In this document: one piece after another, positions 60,850 to 64,000 of the stretch | Layout: every line of letters starts with the position of its first letter | Numbering within the stretch: the stretch's first letter is position 1 | IMG/VR virus record: IMGVR_UViG_3300045988_179268 | Span: 1 to 64,000 of that record | DNA: 64,000 nucleotides | Strand: one strand, 5' to 3' | From: a virus | Translations under genes and position numbers: made by a program | The notes under the pieces: model-generated | Told to the model about the DNA's origin: nothing | Seen by the model: only the letters and a program-made list of their open reading frames with translations | Databases searched by the model: none

Positions 60850-62181
60850 ATGCTTTCTGATTCTCAGGGTAAGGTATTGAAGTTTATCGCAGACCGCCCG
60901 CCTCTAGCTCAGCATTTAGGGGAGCCTCTGCTGACAGGTCGTCGTTTGACTAGAGAAGAGATTTCCGCGCCTTTACCCTCTTTGATTGCGCCTAGCTCTG
61001 CTGGCGTGGTGTCTCCTATGGATATTTTGCGCGCAAATTTGTTGCGTAGGTTGGAGGCGGCGAACCGCGCCATTGGGGTACAGTATATTCCTCCCGCATC
61101 TGCTGTGGGCGAGGTTAAGGCGGTAATGACTCGTGATGCGTTAATCATTGAGGATACCGACCTTTTGCGTAGGTTGGCTAATGCTAAGCTTTCGCCGTCG
61201 TTGGTGATGTCCCTGTATGGGTGTCTTGGAAGTTTCGCTGTGAAACGTTTTTCGTGGGCTTTCGGGATTGGCTCTGATTCTGTTGAGATGAAGCGTGGTT
61301 CAGCGTTTCATGAGGTGTTTGAAAAGTTGATGGCGCTACCGTCGGATGAGCGTTCCTCTGAGCGTGCTGAGGCGCTTACGGGGGAGGTTCTGAAAAGTTC
61401 AGAGTATCAGTTAGTTTCCGATGACCCTGAGCAGATTCAGTGGCTTTCTGAGACTGTCCGCAAAGCTTTTAGTTTCCGCCGACCAGGGGAGGCTCCTGAG
61501 TCGCCGTCGGATACAGTTCTGTTCTCCATGCCTGACGGCAAGTTGCCGCTTGAGGTGCCTATTTCCGGCGCTATTGGTGGTGCTAAGCGTGAGACTTTCG
61601 GTATTATTGACCGCATTAGTGTTGCGCCGGATGGGTCTGTCGTGGTTCAGGATTACAAGACTGGCTCTAAGATGAAGCCGTATAACCTTGCAATTAAGAA
61701 GCGTTCAGGTAAGGATGCGGGTAAGACTATCCCTCGTTTGCCGGAAGTTTCCGTAAGTCGTGAAGGTCTTGAGTCTTGGAGTATCCCTGACGGTTTCCGT
61801 GAGGCTTTCCAGCAGTATAGTTATTTGCTTCTAGCTGAGCAGAACGGGCTGGAAGCTACGAAAGCTGAGCTATTGTTCCCTGCTGTGGACGATGCTTTAA
61901 ATGTGGCTTCGGTGCCCCCTCTCCTATCTTCGCTGGATGACCCGTCGGATGAGGCTGTCGCTTTTGATGCATGGGTGAAAGAAGCTTATGCTACTGCTGA
62001 TGAGAAGGTCGATGAGCTGGCTTCCTCCGGCGTTTTCCCGTTTGCGCCGTCTTTCCTTTGTTCTTGGTGCCCTTTGGCGAAGATGTGCCCTCAGTTCCAG
62101 CCACATGCGGGTAAGGGTGCGGCGGTTGCCGCTGGTCAGCCTGACGTGGTGCCTCATATTGCTCCGCTTACTGCCGAGTAG
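60850..62181 (+). CDS. PD-(D/E)xK nuclease of the Cas4/AddB/RecB-exonuclease type with a four-Cys cluster
   Basis: Start set at the ATG at 60850. GSAFHEVFEKL, GIIDRISV..VVVQDYKTG (D..D/ExK). Cys near the N-terminus (YGCLGSF) plus C-terminal CSWCPLAKMC (CxxCx5C). Confidence 0.7.
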   Translation: MLSDSQGKVLKFIADRPPLAQHLGEPLLTGRRLTREEISAPLPSLIAPSSAGVVSPMDILRANLLRRLEAANRAIGVQYIPPASAVGEVKAVMTRDALIIEDTDLLRRLANAKLSPSLVMSLYGCLGSFAVKRFSWAFGIGSDSVEMKRGSAFHEVFEKLMALPSDERSSERAEALTGEVLKSSEYQLVSDDPEQIQWLSETVRKAFSFRRPGEAPESPSDTVLFSMPDGKLPLEVPISGAIGGAKRETFGIIDRISVAPDGSVVVQDYKTGSKMKPYNLAIKKRSGKDAGKTIPRLPEVSVSREGLESWSIPDGFREAFQQYSYLLLAEQNGLEATKAELLFPAVDDALNVASVPPLLSSLDDPSDEAVAFDAWVKEAYATADEKVDELASSGVFPFAPSFLCSWCPLAKMCPQFQPHAGKGAAVAAGQPDVVPHIAPLTAE

Positions 62182-62246
62182 CGGATATTTTTGCGGGGCG
62201 CGCCCCTAAATCATTTTATTGTTATTTTTTTATGGAGGTTTTTATC

Positions 62247-62447
62247 TTGGGTGTTTCTAATGAGAATGTTGATATGGTCAATAATTTCCCCGTGGTTAAA
62301 TCGAACACTTCGGATAACGCGGTCGGAAATATGACATACCTTAACGGTAAGCTATATAGTTTTAATGGTTTCTGGGCTTCACCTGATTTTATTGATAAGT
62401 GGTTACATGATGAACCTGCAACAGATAAGGCACATCCCGAATCATAG
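62247..62447 (+). pseudogene. isolated fragment homologous to the extreme C-terminus of the FtsK-like protein
   Basis: MTYLNGKLYSFNGFWASPDFIDKWL parallels MVYLNGKLYDFQGFFAAPEFIDNWL of the 56933 product. GGAGG plus TTG start, identical in layout to the 62626 gene. Confidence 0.45.
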
Positions 62448-62625
62448 GTCTAGCTTATAATATTGCGCACCATGCGGCACTGTTATAGTGGCTGACTAGC
62501 TGGTATATTTGTTGTGTTGCCCGCTATATAGGGTTTGATGACCTTGTGTTGTGGGCGACATATGCTTTACGCCTTGGTTGAATATTTTTTAGGTTTATTT
62601 CACTCTACTTGTGGAGGTTTTTATT

Positions 62626-63822
62626 TTGGCTATTTCTAAGAAGAAGGCGGGCGCGGTAGTTGCTTTAGCTGTTGTAGCTGGCGCACCGTTCGCACCCCTG
62701 ATTGCTGATGAGCTTGAGACTCCCCCTGCACCTGTGGCATCTGAGGCTGACACATCTAATATTGCTGTTGGGGCGCTTGCGCCGTATGCGGCGGAGGCTG
62801 ATGGTGGTACGGTTTATTCTTCCGCGCTTGATGCACGTTTCCGTGTAGAGAAGGCTCAGGCTTCCTCTGGTAGTGCTTACACGGATATTGTGTTGGTGAA
62901 CACTTCTGACGTGGTAAGTACTCACACGTGGGTTCCTCTTGATTCTTTGCGCGACAGCTTGCCGGAAGGTTCCACGTTCGGTTCCGTCTCTGGCGGTTCA
63001 GGTGAGATTGCTAAGGGTTCCGCTTTAGTGGAAAGCAATATTGCGCCTGCTGAGTTAGTTGAGGCTGATAAGGATTACTGGTATGTCCCGAATCTGATTT
63101 CGGGTGGCGAGGCACGTCTCTCTGTTGTGCAGAAGGTTGAGCCTACTCCTGCGCCTACTCCTGACCCAACACCAGAGCCTACCCCTGAGAAGTCTGAGGA
63201 GCCAGCGCCCACCCCATCACCTGAGAGTCCTGCGCCTTCGGATGAAGCTACAACTCCTACCCCTGAGAAGTCTGAGGAGCCAACCCCTGCGCCTGTAGAG
63301 GATAAGAAGGCTAACACTCCTGCTCCTGCGGCGGCGGAAGTTTCCGCTAAGGCTGACGCTGTATATAAGGCTCCTAGCCCACTGTCTGTACCGGATGATA
63401 ATGCTACTCGCCATGATGCGGCTGGGCGTGTCGTCAGTACTGCGCCTGTTGTAGACATCAAGAAGGATGCGGACACAGGTAACACTGTCACTACGTTTGA
63501 AGATGGTGGCGCAGTGACGACGACTTCTGCCGGTGAGGTTGTTGAGAGCACTCTTGGGTCTACTGTGACGACTACGGGTGAGCCTGTTGTTTCTGCTGTG
63601 CCGGTGGCTACTGTCAGTAACGCTAGTGTTACGTCTTCGTCTGGCAAGTCTTCTACTGCTAATTCGGTGAAGGGGCAGACGTTGCGTACTGGCGCGGCTG
63701 GTGTGGCTAACCTGCCTGCTATTACTCCAGCGGCTATTCCGTTGGGTCTGGCTGGCGGTTCACTAGTGTTGGCTGGTACTCTTATTGGTGCTTCTGCTTT
63801 GAAGAACCGTAAGCGTGACTAG
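62626..63822 (+). CDS. secreted surface protein with P/T/E-rich stalk and TLRTG sorting signal
   Basis: TTG 62626 lies 8 nt after GGAGG. Signal peptide (M)AISKKKAGAVVALAVVAGAPFAP. TLRTG at 63679-63693, then a hydrophobic stretch and KNRKRD. Confidence 0.7.
   Translation: MAISKKKAGAVVALAVVAGAPFAPLIADELETPPAPVASEADTSNIAVGALAPYAAEADGGTVYSSALDARFRVEKAQASSGSAYTDIVLVNTSDVVSTHTWVPLDSLRDSLPEGSTFGSVSGGSGEIAKGSALVESNIAPAELVEADKDYWYVPNLISGGEARLSVVQKVEPTPAPTPDPTPEPTPEKSEEPAPTPSPESPAPSDEATTPTPEKSEEPTPAPVEDKKANTPAPAAAEVSAKADAVYKAPSPLSVPDDNATRHDAAGRVVSTAPVVDIKKDADTGNTVTTFEDGGAVTTTSAGEVVESTLGSTVTTTGEPVVSAVPVATVSNASVTSSSGKSSTANSVKGQTLRTGAAGVANLPAITPAAIPLGLAGGSLVLAGTLIGASALKNRKRD
63178..63282 (+). repeat. 27-bp perfect direct repeat (two copies, 78 bp apart)
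   Basis: cctacccctgagaagtctgaggagcca at 63178-63204 and 63256-63282, encoding PTPEKSEEP. Confidence 0.85.
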
Positions 63823-63834
63823 CTAAATTTTGTT

Positions 63835-63878
63835 GAAGCGCCTGCTTTCACGCTGTTGTGGTGTGAGGCAGGCGCTTC
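63835..63878 (+). terminator. stem-loop terminator
   Basis: Perfect 11-bp stem gaagcgcctgc / gcaggcgcttc. Confidence 0.5.
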
Positions 63879-63903
63879 GTTATCATTTTATGAGGTGAGA
63901 AGT

Positions 63904-64000
63904 GTGAAGGATTTCCGTTCGTGGCTGGCTAAGCCTAATGAGGCTGTTGATGGTGATAATGATAAGTCGGACGTTGAGAAGCCTGTTTGGTGGAAGCGTA
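63904..64000 (+). CDS. 5' end of an ORF running off the window
   Basis: GTG start after GAGGTGAG. VKDFRSWLAKPNEAVDGDNDKSDVEKPVWWKR... stays open to the window edge. Confidence 0.3.
   Translation, partial: MKDFRSWLAKPNEAVDGDNDKSDVEKPVWWKR

Noticed and set aside
62195-62206. GGGGCGCGCCCC palindrome after the Cas4-like gene as a terminator
   Set aside because: It could form only a 4-bp stem with a 4-nt loop, which is too weak to call. It might instead be a protein-binding or restriction-type palindrome.
1-64000. CRISPR arrays, rRNA genes, IS elements, integrases and att-like long direct repeats
   Set aside because: I saw no regularly spaced short repeats and no rRNA-like sequence. I also saw no DDE, tyrosine- or serine-recombinase motifs. 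The only nucleotide-level repeats found are intragenic (27-bp repeat at 63178/63256) or paralogous domains.

Overview
Gene-dense window of moderate GC (about half by eye, not computed). I count about 50 protein genes (all but six on the + strand) and three stand-alone tRNA genes. I recognised no rRNA, CRISPR array, transposase or integrase, and no virion structural, ribosomal or central-metabolism genes. Two functional themes are interleaved. (1) Envelope and secretion: SecA (interrupted by an intein), signal peptidase I, PspA, a sortase-like transpeptidase, two CPBP intramembrane proteases, four large secreted proteins with an unusual [VAL]-[KR]-T-G sorting signal, a GH25-LGFP-NlpC/P60 muramidase, a second NlpC/P60 protein and a GH16 protein. 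(2) Phage/plasmid-style DNA metabolism: orphan C5 methyltransferase, DnaE encoded as two genes with a dnaX-like gene between them, HolA-like, RecD/Pif1 helicase, Mre11/SbcD-like nuclease, metallophosphoesterases, MazG, dNMP kinase-like, HD hydrolase, NERD protein, Cas4/RecB-type nuclease, FtsK-like ATPase fragments and RecA-RecX. RecA, the LGFP repeats, the class-3-type inteins, extended -10 promoters and apparent leaderless genes point to an actinobacterial lineage or one of its large mobile elements or phages; I cannot tell which from this window. Most genes look like separate cassettes, each with a TGnTAnnnT extended -10 promoter and a long, near-perfect hairpin. Main leads: a class-3-type intein in the SecA P-loop; an FtsK-like gene that starts with only the C-terminal fragment of such an intein (possible natural split intein), plus decayed paralogs; split DnaE; the sortase/KTG system; a long-variable-arm tRNA with a Cys anticodon; several regulatory and ncRNA candidates.
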